A stretch of DNA of 64,000 bases from positions 1 to 64,000 of the forward strand of contig OZ242358.1 in the NCBI GenBank assembly GCA_965208835.1, written 5' to 3'. Under the pieces are notes generated by a model. The model was not told the origin of the DNA. It was given only the letters and a program-made list of their open reading frames with translations, and searched no databases. Origin of the DNA: Candidatus Latescibacterota bacterium. Lineage in GTDB: Bacteria; Latescibacterota; UBA2968; GCA-2709665. Position 1 is the stretch's first letter. Every line of letters starts with the position of its first letter. The position numbers were made by a program, and so were the translations under genes. Below are positions 16,434 through 26,196 of this stretch, piece by piece.

Positions 16434-19169
16434 TCAGTGTGCGTCCAGCCAGTTGGTCCCCGTGCCCATCTCGACGACGATGGGCACCTGCATCGGAATG
16501 GCGGTCTTCATCCCGTGTTCCACGATGCCCGGAAGGACATCCGCTTCGTCTTTATGCATATCAAATACCAGTTCGTCGTGCACCTGCAGTAGCATTCGCG
16601 ATTTCATGCCCCGTTCCAGGATTTCGCGGTGGATGTGGCTCATCGCGAGCTTGATCATATCCGCGGCCGTGCCCTGGATGCGCGAGTTGATGGCGTTTCG
16701 CTCTTCGCCCCTTCGGGTGGTCGCGTTGCGGGAGTTGATGTCGCGCAGATAACGGCGTCGGCCGGTCACCGTTTCCACGTAACCGTTTTCCCGGGCGAAT
16801 TCAATGGTTTCGTCCATGTAGGTCCGGATGCCGGGAAACTGGTCGAAGTATTGGTCGATGAGTTCCGCGGCCTGCGTTCGCGTAATATCCAGGCGATCGG
16901 CCAGGCCGAAGGCCGAGATACCGTAGATGATGCCGAAATTGACGGTTTTCGCGTGGCGCCGCATCTCCTCGGTTGCGCCTTCAATGCCGTAGATTTTCTC
17001 AGCGGTCGCGGTGTGGATGTCGCCGCCGTGCCGGAAGACTTCCGTCAGGGCCTGATCTCCGCTGATTTCTGCGGCAACGCGGAGTTCGATCTGGGAGTAA
17101 TCGGCCGCAAGCAGCACGTGGCCTTCGTCACGCGGCACGAAGGCCTTGCGGATCTCCCTGCCCATTTCCGTGCGGATGGGGATATTCTGCATGTTGGGGC
17201 CGTGGGACTGCAGCCGGCCCGTGGCGGCAACCGCCGCTTCGTAGTTGGTATGAATCCGGCCCGTGGGTTTGAAGATCGACCCGGGCAACTGGTCGACGTA
17301 CGTCGATTTCAACTTCGTACACATTCGGTAAAACATCACCTTTTCCACGATCTCGTGCTTATACGCCAGCCGCCGCAGGACCTGCTCCGTTGTCTGGTAC
17401 TGCTTCGTCCTGGCCGTCCGGCGCGCATTCGGGTCCAGCTTCAGTTTGTCGAAGAGGATGTCGCCAAGCTGCCTTGGTGAGTTGAGATCGAAGTGTTCTC
17501 CTGCAAGCTGGAAGATCTGCTCCCTGGCGCGCTCGATTTCGCCGGCTAGCCCTTCCGATAAATCCCGAAGCACTTCGGCTTCACACCGGATGCCTTCGTA
17601 TTCCATTTCCACAAGGGCGGGAATGAGCGGACATTCCACGTCCCTGAACACGCGCACCTGGCCCATTTCTTCCAGCCTGGACCTCAGGACTTCGCTCAAT
17701 TGAAGGGTAATGTCCGCATCCTCAGCCGCGTAGGTCGTTACCTGGTCCAGGGGCACCTCCGTCAGGCTCAACTGGTCCTCGCCCTTTTCGCCGATGAGAT
17801 CGGAAATTGGAATGGGCCGGTATCCGAGAAGCGCTTCGGAGAGATAGTCCATGGTGCGTCGAAGGTCCGGTGTCGCCAGATATGCGGCGAGCATGGTATC
17901 GAACAGTGGACCTTCAACTCGAAACCCCTTCCAGCGCAACACGCTGAGATCGAACTTCAGGTGGTGGCCGATCTTTTCGATCTCAGGATTCTCAAGTACC
18001 GGACGAAACGTCTCGAGGATCGCAAGGGCTTCGTCCGGGACTTCCGGCAGCGGCACGTAGTATCCGGTGTGTGGCTCAAACGAAAAGGCCAGGCCGATCA
18101 ATTCGCAGGTCTTGGGATTCAGACCGGTGGTTTCGATGTCGAAACAGAAGGCTTTTTGCCCGCTCAACGCGGAGACGAGCTCCCGGCGGGATGCCTCGGT
18201 GTCCACCAGTTTATAGTCATGTTCCATGTCGTCGATGGTGCTGACGTCGCCTCCGACCTCGTCGGTTGCGGCCGTGGGCCCCGCCTTGAACGAGTCGCCG
18301 AACAGTCGCTGGCCCAGGGTATTGAACTCGAGCTCGACGAACAACGCCTTCAGTTTCTCTTCGTCCCAGTCGACACGTTTCAGGTCATCGGGCTTGACCT
18401 CCAGCACCACGTCGCGCTCTATGGTGACCAGTTTTTTTGAAAGAAGCGCCTGTTCACGGTTTTCTTCAATGCGTTCTTTCTGCTTTCCCTTGAGTTCCTC
18501 CACGTGGTCGAGCAGGTCTTCGATGCTTCCATACTTTCCAATCAGTTTCTGCGCCGTCTTTTCGCCGACCCCGGGCACGCCGGGAACGTTGTCCGAACTG
18601 TCGCCCATCAGTCCCAGAATGTCGATCACCTGGTCCACGCGTTCGATCTGCCACTTATCCAGAATCTCTTTGACGCCCTGAACCTCCACGTCCCCGGTGC
18701 GTCCCGGCTTGCAGACAAAGGTGCTGTCCGAAACCAGCTGTCCGTAGTCCTTGTCGGGCGTAACCATGTAAGTAATGAAGCCGGCCTCTTCCGCCTGTTT
18801 GGCAAGGGTTCCGATCACATCGTCGGCTTCCCATCCGGGGACCCTGACAACCGGGAGGCTGAACGCTTCGCACAGGCGGAAGACAAAGGGGAGCGCCGCG
18901 CTGAGATCCTCCGGCATGGACTCGCGCTGGGCCTTGTATTCCGGGAACATCTTGTGCCGGTGGGTCGGCTCGGGCGTATCGAAGACAACGCCGATGTGCG
19001 ATGGGTCCGCGTTGGAGAGTATATCCAGCAGGGTGTTGGTGAGTACGAATACGGTGGAGGTATTCAGGCCGGTGGAGGACATGCGCGGGTTGCGGATCAT
19101 CGAAAAATGGGCCCGGTAAACCAGCGCCATTCCGTCCAGCAGGTAGAGCTTCCTGTCTGTTTCGCTCAT
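16434..19169 (-). CDS. polA: DNA polymerase I
   Basis: 5'-3' exonuclease (LLDG, EADDVIG, DKD), 3'-5' exonuclease FDIETTGL, ADYSQIELR, AKTVNFGIIYG, LQVHDELVF. Confidence 0.98.
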   Translation of the reverse strand: MSETDRKLYLLDGMALVYRAHFSMIRNPRMSSTGLNTSTVFVLTNTLLDILSNADPSHIGVVFDTPEPTHRHKMFPEYKAQRESMPEDLSAALPFVFRLCEAFSLPVVRVPGWEADDVIGTLAKQAEEAGFITYMVTPDKDYGQLVSDSTFVCKPGRTGDVEVQGVKEILDKWQIERVDQVIDILGLMGDSSDNVPGVPGVGEKTAQKLIGKYGSIEDLLDHVEELKGKQKERIEENREQALLSKKLVTIERDVVLEVKPDDLKRVDWDEEKLKALFVELEFNTLGQRLFGDSFKAGPTAATDEVGGDVSTIDDMEHDYKLVDTEASRRELVSALSGQKAFCFDIETTGLNPKTCELIGLAFSFEPHTGYYVPLPEVPDEALAILETFRPVLENPEIEKIGHHLKFDLSVLRWKGFRVEGPLFDTMLAAYLATPDLRRTMDYLSEALLGYRPIPISDLIGEKGEDQLSLTEVPLDQVTTYAAEDADITLQLSEVLRSRLEEMGQVRVFRDVECPLIPALVEMEYEGIRCEAEVLRDLSEGLAGEIERAREQIFQLAGEHFDLNSPRQLGDILFDKLKLDPNARRTARTKQYQTTEQVLRRLAYKHEIVEKVMFYRMCTKLKSTYVDQLPGSIFKPTGRIHTNYEAAVAATGRLQSHGPNMQNIPIRTEMGREIRKAFVPRDEGHVLLAADYSQIELRVAAEISGDQALTEVFRHGGDIHTATAEKIYGIEGATEEMRRHAKTVNFGIIYGISAFGLADRLDITRTQAAELIDQYFDQFPGIRTYMDETIEFARENGYVETVTGRRRYLRDINSRNATTRRGEERNAINSRIQGTAADMIKLAMSHIHREILERGMKSRMLLQVHDELVFDMHKDEADVLPGIVEHGMKTAIPMQVPIVVEMGTGTNWLDAH

Positions 19170-19312
19170 TGCACGCTCCCGACCCCCGCCAGCCCGAATG
19201 TAGGAGAACGAGGGTACTCATTATTCTTGCGATAGAGACCTATGCGGCCTACCTTGTCTCGTTAATTGACAACCTCTCTATGTTGTAACCGATCTAAGCG
19301 TGGAGGCGTTAA

Positions 19313-20434
19313 ATGGAGCAGTTCGAACGACGCGATTTCCTCAAAAAAGCCTCGGTCGGAGTCGCCGGCGGCGTTGCGGCTCTGGCGGGTTGCAGCCCCG
19401 CCTCAAACGAGAAACCAGATGCTCCCGCGGTGCATACGAGAAAGAAATTTGAATGGAAAATGGTAACCACCTGGCCGCCGCATTTCCCCATTCTTGGCGA
19501 AGGCGCGGACATGCTCGCTCGATGGATCGATGAGATGTCCGGCGGACAACTGAAAATTACGGTTTACGGCGGCGGCGAATTGATTCCACCGCTCGAAGGT
19601 TTCGATGCCGTCAGCCAGGGAACCGTTGAGATGTGCCACGGCGCCGCGTATTACTGGGCCGGAAAAGCGCCGGCCACGCAGTTTTTCGCGGCGGTTCCAT
19701 TCGGCATGAACGGACAGCAGCTCAACGCCTGGATCTTCGGCGGCGGCGGGCTGGAACTCTGGCAGGAGCTATACGATCCGTTCAATCTGGTCGCGATGCC
19801 GGTGGGCAACACCGGCGTCCAGATGGGCGGCTGGTATAACCGCGAAATGAACGGTATCGCCGATTTTCACGGCCTTAAGATGCGGATCCCGGGGCTCGGC
19901 GGCAAGGTAATCGCAAAGGCGGGCGGATCCGCCGTGCTTTCAGCCGGAGGCGAAATCTACACCAACCTGGAACGCGGTGTTATCGATGCAACCGAATGGA
20001 TCGGACCCTACCACGACTATTTGATGGGATTCTTCCGGGCCGCGAAATACTATTATTATCCTGGCTGGCACGAGCCGGGCACCGCTCTGGAGTTGATCGT
20101 CAACAAAACCGCTTTCGAAAGACTGCCATCGGAACTTAAGCAGGTTGTCAAGACGGCCGCCGCACGTTCCAACTCATGGATGTTGTCGGAATTCGAAGCC
20201 AAGAACAGCGTCTACCTGGAAAAACTCACCAAAGAACACAATGTCGAGTTGCGGAGATTTTCAGATGAGGTCCTCGAGACGCTGCGCGGTTTCTCCGTGG
20301 AAGTCGAAAACGAGGTGGCTGAAGCCGATCCGATGAGCAAAAAGGTCTATGCTTCTTTCGACGCGTTTCGGAAGAAAATCGATCCGTGGGCGGCGCTGTC
20401 GGAGAAACTGTATTATTCCGCCATCGGCGGATAG
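19313..20434 (+). CDS. TRAP transporter substrate-binding protein (DctP/TakP type, Tat signal)
   Basis: RRDFLK twin-arginine signal; WKMVTTWP, GLKMRIPGLG, EWIGPYHD, YYYPGWHEP. Confidence 0.92.
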   Translation: MEQFERRDFLKKASVGVAGGVAALAGCSPASNEKPDAPAVHTRKKFEWKMVTTWPPHFPILGEGADMLARWIDEMSGGQLKITVYGGGELIPPLEGFDAVSQGTVEMCHGAAYYWAGKAPATQFFAAVPFGMNGQQLNAWIFGGGGLELWQELYDPFNLVAMPVGNTGVQMGGWYNREMNGIADFHGLKMRIPGLGGKVIAKAGGSAVLSAGGEIYTNLERGVIDATEWIGPYHDYLMGFFRAAKYYYYPGWHEPGTALELIVNKTAFERLPSELKQVVKTAAARSNSWMLSEFEAKNSVYLEKLTKEHNVELRRFSDEVLETLRGFSVEVENEVAEADPMSKKVYASFDAFRKKIDPWAALSEKLYYSAIGG

Positions 20435-20457
20435 CGGCGGTCGCTAACGAAAGATAT

Positions 20458-20508
20458 GATGCCGAATAGGGACGCGTGCAAACCGCGTCCCTTTCCTTTA
20501 TCGGCATC
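20458..20508. terminator. hairpin between convergent dctP and dctM
   Basis: agggacgcg/cgcgtccct stem inside an outer gatgccga/tcggcatc stem. Confidence 0.6.
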
Positions 20509-20509
20509 G

Positions 20510-21829
20510 TCATGACGCCAGGTACCGCGGCAGCCACGTTGCCACTTCAGGAAAAACGATAACCAGGGTCAGGCCGATGAGCTGAACGACGATAAAGGGT
20601 ATGATGCCGCGATAGATGTGGCCGGTCTGCACCTCGGGTGGCGCGACGCCTTTCAGATAGAACAGGGAGAATCCGAACGGCGGAGTCAGGAATGACGTCT
20701 GCAGGTTCATCGCGATGAGGATGCCCACCCAGAGAAGGTCAACGCCCAGATGGGCGAATATCGGCGCGACGACGGGAACGATAATAAACGTAATCTCGAT
20801 GAAATCTATGAAAAACCCGGCGATGAATATGACGACCATCACCAGCGCGAGGAAGACATGGGGGCCCGGGTCGGCTTCCACGATGAGTCGCGTGAGGTAA
20901 GCGTCCCCTTGAAGTCCCCTGAAGACAAGCCCGAAGGCGGTGGCGCCGACCAGTATGATAAAGACCATGCAGGTGAGATGGGTGGTCTCGGCCATAACGG
21001 ACTTGAGGGTTTCAAGCGACAGTTTGCGTTTGCACAGTGTAAGGACGGTTGCGCCGAGGGCGCCCACGGCCGCGGCCTCCGTCGGGGAAGCGATACCGGC
21101 AAAGATCGAGCCGAGAACGGCCGTTATCAGCAGGCCTGGCAGGAGGAAGGCATGGATGGTCTGTTTGATTCTGACCGCGCCCACGAAGCGGTCCAGGTCC
21201 GACCTGGGCATGGCCGGAGCGGAGTCCGGCCTTGTCAGGGCGACAATCACGATCCAGGTCAGATAAAGGCCCACGAGGCACAGGCCGGGAATCACGGCGG
21301 CAATGAACATATCGCCAATGGATATATTCAGGATACTCCCCAGAAGCACAAGCACGATGCTGGGTGGAATAATCTGACCCAGCGTGCCCGACGCGGAGAT
21401 AATTCCGGTTGCCAGTTCGGTGCGGTAGCCGCGTCTGAGCATGGTGGGCAGGCTCAGGAGACCCATCGTGACGACGGTTGCCCCGACAATGCCCGTTGAG
21501 GCGCCCAGAAGGGCGCCTACAACGATTACGGAAACGGCAAGGCCGCCACGCAGCTTGCCGAACAACAGGGCCATCGTTTCCAGCAGTTCCTCGGCAAGCC
21601 CGGATTTTTCGAGCATAACACCCATATAGACGAACAAGGGGACCGCGATGAGTACGTAATTGGTCATCACACCCCAGATACGCAGAGGCAACAGATTGAA
21701 GAAGTCAAGGCCGAACGTGAGATAACCCAGGATGAAGGAAACACCGCCGAGGGTGAACGCGACGGGGAAGCCGAAGAGGAGCAGCACGAACAGGACCCCG
21801 AACAGGATGAGCGGCATGGCTTCGATCAT
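20510..21829 (-). CDS. TRAP transporter large permease DctM
   Basis: GFPVAFTLGG, GTLGQIIPPS, ASPTEAAAVG, LTPPFG. Confidence 0.93.
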   Translation of the reverse strand: MIEAMPLILFGVLFVLLLFGFPVAFTLGGVSFILGYLTFGLDFFNLLPLRIWGVMTNYVLIAVPLFVYMGVMLEKSGLAEELLETMALLFGKLRGGLAVSVIVVGALLGASTGIVGATVVTMGLLSLPTMLRRGYRTELATGIISASGTLGQIIPPSIVLVLLGSILNISIGDMFIAAVIPGLCLVGLYLTWIVIVALTRPDSAPAMPRSDLDRFVGAVRIKQTIHAFLLPGLLITAVLGSIFAGIASPTEAAAVGALGATVLTLCKRKLSLETLKSVMAETTHLTCMVFIILVGATAFGLVFRGLQGDAYLTRLIVEADPGPHVFLALVMVVIFIAGFFIDFIEITFIIVPVVAPIFAHLGVDLLWVGILIAMNLQTSFLTPPFGFSLFYLKGVAPPEVQTGHIYRGIIPFIVVQLIGLTLVIVFPEVATWLPRYLAS

Positions 21830-22374
21830 GCGTCGGTCCCCTGTTGTTTCGTTTCAGGGTCGATCGCGTGGCTCCCTGCGATTCTGAGCAGCGAGCCAAA
21901 GGCCAGTGCCAGGCCCTGCAAGGCCAGCAGAAGAAAGCCGGCCGGAATGGCGGCTTTCAGGATGAACCGCGCGGGCAGTCCACCGGGATCGGGCGAACCT
22001 TCCCCGATGGTAAAGGCGTTAATGACGAACGTGTGCGAACACCAGATCGCGACCAGACAGAATGGCAACAGAAAAATCAGGCTTCCCAGGAAGTCCACCC
22101 ACGCCCTGGTTTTCGCGGAAAAGCGATTGTAGAAGACGTCGACGCGCACGTGCTTTCCATGTTTCAGGGTATACGCAGCGCCTATGAGGAAAATGACGGC
22201 GAACAGATGCCATTGCAGTTCCTGCACCGCCACCAGGCTGCTCTTCAGCAGGTAGCGCGTGAACACATCGTAACAGACGACTGCCACGAGCACCGTGGTG
22301 AGCCAGGATACGGCAACTCCGATGCGTTCATTCAGTCGATCTGCAAGGCCGACGTAGGCACGAAGGAAATGCAA
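21826..22374 (-). CDS. TRAP transporter small permease DctQ
   Basis: four TM segments, ELQWHLF, HVRVDVFY; TTG start at 22374 after GGAG (the ORF is open to 22422). Confidence 0.88.
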   Translation of the reverse strand: MHFLRAYVGLADRLNERIGVAVSWLTTVLVAVVCYDVFTRYLLKSSLVAVQELQWHLFAVIFLIGAAYTLKHGKHVRVDVFYNRFSAKTRAWVDFLGSLIFLLPFCLVAIWCSHTFVINAFTIGEGSPDPGGLPARFILKAAIPAGFLLLALQGLALAFGSLLRIAGSHAIDPETKQQGTDA

Positions 22375-22546
22375 GGATGGGTTGCTCCGGCAGGGGTTCG
22401 GAACAGGGAAGCGGGGCTTCACGGCGAGGCCGCCGGAAAGCTGATTTTGCGGCGTAAATTAAGAACGGGCCCGGTTGTTTGCAAAGAAAAAAGCATTGCC
22501 ATCACGACATCTTTTCCCTTCTTTTACACGTGGTGAAGGGAAAAAA

Positions 22547-22835
22547 AAGCTGTCGGAAATGAGTCGTCAGCTGTCAGAAAACAAGCTTTCAGCCGTCAGC
22601 CATTAGCTGTCAGCAAAAGGCGGGTAGTCGTAAGACGGAAGAGGGTAGAGGACCACACCCCGCGCCACCACCTGGTGAGACGCAAGACGTGAGACGGGAG
22701 AGATTTCCAGCCTTGTAAGGATTCTTCTCGTGCCGGAGGCAGAAAGGAAAAACACACCGGGCAAGGATTTCATCTACCGTCTACCCTCTTACCTCTACCC
22801 GCCTCTTTTCTGCCGTCTCACCTCTACCGTCTTCC
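22547..22835. repeat. heptamer tracts: a TCAGCNN run plus mutually complementary purine-rich and pyrimidine-rich blocks
   Basis: ggtagtc gtaagac ggaagag ggtagag; gtgagac gcaagac gtgagac gggagag versus atctacc gtctacc ctcttac ctctacc; gtctcac ctctacc gtcttcc. Confidence 0.75.
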
Positions 22836-22872
22836 CGCTAACGTCCCACTGACTTTTAAGGAGCGATGGATT

Positions 22873-24756
22873 ATGCATAAGTCGGGTTTGATAGCCCTGA
22901 TGGTCGCGATTGTCGTGGTGGCGGCGACGGCTCACGCACAGAACAAGGTCAGAGTGAGTACGGCCTGGCCTGCGGACGGGGCGCGTCCGGGAGATCTGGT
23001 GGCGCTGGCCATCGTGGTAGATATCGACGACGGTTTTCACATCAATCCGGATCCGGCCCAGGTAGTGGTCGTTGGCGATTTCGAACCGTATCCGACAGAC
23101 GTCCGCATTCTCGAGGCTGCCGGGGGGCTGACGCTTGAAGCCGTACGCTTCCCGAAGCCGCACCCGATTCAGGCCGACTACGCCGATGGCGATCTTATGG
23201 TGTTCGAGGGCAGAACCGTGTTCTACCTGCCCATAAAGGTGGGCGAAGAGGTAGAACCGGGACCTCAACGGCTCAAACTCGAGGTGGAGTACCAGGCCTG
23301 CGATGAGTACACCTGTTTCATACCGAAAACGGTCGTCATGGAGGCGTCCCTGGCGATCGTGGACGCCGGCCAACCCGTAAACAGCCTGAATTCAGCGTTA
23401 TTCAAAGGATATAGCGAGACTGGCGCCGCCTCCGAGGCGAGCGGTGTGCGCTTCGATCTGTTCGGCTGGACGTTTTCGATCGATACGTCATCCGGAGGCG
23501 GGCTGGTTCTGCTCCTGATCGTGGCGGCCTTCGGCGGCGGGCTGCTGAATCTGACGCCTTGCGTGCTTCCGGTGATCCCAATCAAGATTATAGGACTGGC
23601 GCAGGCGTCGGACAATCGGACGCGGCGTCTCGTGCTTGGGGGCTCGATGTCGCTGGGTGTGGTCGCTTTCTGGCTGGCACTGGGTATAATGATTGCCGGC
23701 ATCAGCGGATTTACGGCCACCAATCAGCTGTTTCAGTATCCGGTTTTCACGATCCTCGTCGGCGTAATCATCGCCGCCATGGCGGTCGGCATGTGCGGGC
23801 TGTTCTACATCCGGTTGCCGCAGGCGGTTTACCGGTTCAACCCCGGCCAGGACAGCCTCGCGGGGTCATTCGGATTCGGCATTATGACTGCCGTGCTTTC
23901 CACGCCCTGCACGGCGCCATTCATGGGTGCGGCCGCCGCGTGGGCGGCCACACAATATCCGGCAACCACGCTGCTGACATTCGCTTCGATCGGCGCCGGG
24001 ATGGCCGCGCCATACCTGGCGCTGTCGATCTTTCCGGCGCTGGTGGAGCGGATGCCCCGCACGGGCCCGGCCAGCGAGTTGATCAAGCAGGTTATGGGGC
24101 TGCTGATGCTGGCGGCGGCGGCCTATTTCGTGGGCGTGGGCCTTAGCGCGCTTGTTGTCACACCACCCGACCCGCCGGGCAAGGAATACTGGTGGGCCGT
24201 GATGGCATTCGGCGCCGGCGCCGGTTTCTGGCTGGTCTACGGAACGCTTCGGATCACCGCCCGTACCGGCCGGCGTGCGGTCTTTGGCGTTCTCGGCGCG
24301 GCGCTTTTCATTTTCTCCGCGGTAGGCGCCGTCCGGTTTACGGATAAGGGGCCGATCGATTGGATCTACTATACGCCCGCGCGGTTCGAAGAGGCGCTGG
24401 AGGAGGACCAGGTAGTGGTGATGGACTTCACCGCGGAGTGGTGCCTGAACTGCAAAGTTCTGGAGCACAACGTGCTGCAAAGTCCGGAAGTCGTGAATTT
24501 GCTGGCGGCGCCCGACGTTGCCGCTGTGAAGGTGGATATTACGGGCAACAACCCCGTTGGCAAGGCGAAGCTGAGAGATACCGGCCGGTTGACCATCCCG
24601 TTGCTCGTTATCTATGCGTCGGATGGACAGGAGGTGTTCAAAAGCGACTTTTACACGGTCGATCAGGTGCTGGCGGCCGTCAGACAGGCCCGGGGTATGC
24701 ATGCGAGCGGGCGTGCCGCAGTGCGGGGCGTGCCGTCGTACAAGGAGGTCGAATGA
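22873..24756 (+). CDS. dsbD: thiol:disulfide interchange protein, DsbD family
   Basis: YQACDEYTC (alpha domain), LTPCVLP and STPCTAP (TM domain), FTAEWCLNC (thioredoxin domain). Confidence 0.9.
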   Translation: MHKSGLIALMVAIVVVAATAHAQNKVRVSTAWPADGARPGDLVALAIVVDIDDGFHINPDPAQVVVVGDFEPYPTDVRILEAAGGLTLEAVRFPKPHPIQADYADGDLMVFEGRTVFYLPIKVGEEVEPGPQRLKLEVEYQACDEYTCFIPKTVVMEASLAIVDAGQPVNSLNSALFKGYSETGAASEASGVRFDLFGWTFSIDTSSGGGLVLLLIVAAFGGGLLNLTPCVLPVIPIKIIGLAQASDNRTRRLVLGGSMSLGVVAFWLALGIMIAGISGFTATNQLFQYPVFTILVGVIIAAMAVGMCGLFYIRLPQAVYRFNPGQDSLAGSFGFGIMTAVLSTPCTAPFMGAAAAWAATQYPATTLLTFASIGAGMAAPYLALSIFPALVERMPRTGPASELIKQVMGLLMLAAAAYFVGVGLSALVVTPPDPPGKEYWWAVMAFGAGAGFWLVYGTLRITARTGRRAVFGVLGAALFIFSAVGAVRFTDKGPIDWIYYTPARFEEALEEDQVVVMDFTAEWCLNCKVLEHNVLQSPEVVNLLAAPDVAAVKVDITGNNPVGKAKLRDTGRLTIPLLVIYASDGQEVFKSDFYTVDQVLAAVRQARGMHASGRAAVRGVPSYKEVE

Positions 24757-26189
24757 CCACGCAGAGTAATCATCTTCTTTCGGATGCGCAGATCCAGCGC
24801 TTTATTCTGGATGGCTTCATTACTGTACCGACGGATGCAATCCACGAGACACACGGCAGGATCTACGACGAGATCGAAACCGTTTTCGATAGCGAAGGGA
24901 ACGTCGGCAACAATATTCTCCCGCGCGTGCCCAGGATTCAGCAGGTGTTCGACCAGCCCGTCGTGCGTGGCGCCCTGACGAGTCTTCTCGGACCCGACTA
25001 CATCATGAATCCGCATCGGCACTGCCACCTGAATCCACCGGGCAGCAACGGGCAGAGCTGGCACAAGGACTGTTATGTCTTCGACCACAATATCCGTCAT
25101 CCGCGATTTCAGTGGGTACTGGCTTTCTATTATCCGCAGAATACCACCATAGACATGGGTCCGTCAGGTGTGATTCCGCGCATGCAGAACTACAAGACCA
25201 TTTCAGACCCCAATCCGGAAGAAACCCGCGAGCCGGGGTACGCCATCTGCGGCGATGCCGGGATCGTGACGCTGATGCATTTTGACTCGTGGCACCGGGC
25301 GTCGCCCAACGTGAGCGGCAACAAGAGATATATGCTGAAGTTTCAGTTTACGCGGCTGCGGGAACCGCGGGGTCCCGCATGGAATCACCTGGATGAAGCC
25401 TGGACGCCCCCGGAAGACGATGCGAACCCGGCTGTTTCCACGGATGTCTGGAAGTGGATGCGTGGAGAGGCCGTCAACGGGCGTTCGGAAGCGACCGGAA
25501 ACGTGAAGGAAGAGGGCCTGTTCGACGAGGACGAGCGCGTGCGCATCAATACGGCGTATGCGCTGGCCAGCGACAGAACGTCGATACCGCTTCTCGTCGA
25601 CGCGATGCGAAGGGAAACGCTGGCGGCCATCGAGGAAACGACGGCAACGACGCCGGACAACGCGCACGGGACCAATCCTACGCCCGGAGCGGCAGCGCGC
25701 GCATTGTCAACCATGGGCGCGCCGGCAGTCCACGCTCTGCTGGAAGCGCTGGATGACGATCACTGGTGGGTCCGCGCAATGGCGGCGGACGTGCTCGCCC
25801 GGATGGGCCCGGCAGCGCACGCCGCGGTGTTCAGCCTTGTCGAGAAGGTTGGCGACGATCACTGGTGGGTCCGCCGCAATGCGCTGGAAGCGTTGCGCTC
25901 CATCGGGGCGGATTCCGTTGAAGTGCTGCCCGCGGTTTTCAGGGCTGTGAAGGACCCCGACTACCGCGTTCGGCGAAACGCGGCGCTGGCGCTTTGCAAC
26001 CTCGGCGAGGCGGGCGACCCGGCGGTGAATGACCTGATCGACGGTCTCGGGGACGAGAATCGCTATAACCGGTTTTATGCGGGGCTGGCGCTCAGGCGCA
26101 TCGGCACGCGCAGGGCTCGGAAGGCGTTGATCGACGAGCTGTTTACCGCGCGGTGGTGTGCGGTGACGACGGCCGACGACCAGTATTGA
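24753..26189 (+). CDS. PhyH-family dioxygenase fused to HEAT/PBS-lyase repeats
   Basis: ATGA overlap with dsbD, AGGAGG upstream; WHKD, WHRA..N...RYMLKFQF; repeated D..WWVR..A..L. Confidence 0.85.
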   Translation: MTTQSNHLLSDAQIQRFILDGFITVPTDAIHETHGRIYDEIETVFDSEGNVGNNILPRVPRIQQVFDQPVVRGALTSLLGPDYIMNPHRHCHLNPPGSNGQSWHKDCYVFDHNIRHPRFQWVLAFYYPQNTTIDMGPSGVIPRMQNYKTISDPNPEETREPGYAICGDAGIVTLMHFDSWHRASPNVSGNKRYMLKFQFTRLREPRGPAWNHLDEAWTPPEDDANPAVSTDVWKWMRGEAVNGRSEATGNVKEEGLFDEDERVRINTAYALASDRTSIPLLVDAMRRETLAAIEETTATTPDNAHGTNPTPGAAARALSTMGAPAVHALLEALDDDHWWVRAMAADVLARMGPAAHAAVFSLVEKVGDDHWWVRRNALEALRSIGADSVEVLPAVFRAVKDPDYRVRRNAALALCNLGEAGDPAVNDLIDGLGDENRYNRFYAGLALRRIGTRRARKALIDELFTARWCAVTTADDQY

Positions 26190-26196
26190 AAGTTAT

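Noticed and set aside
24360-24752. N-terminal extension of the PhyH-HEAT ORF
   Set aside because: It overlaps dsbD out of frame; the AGGAGG and ATG at 24753 give the likely start.
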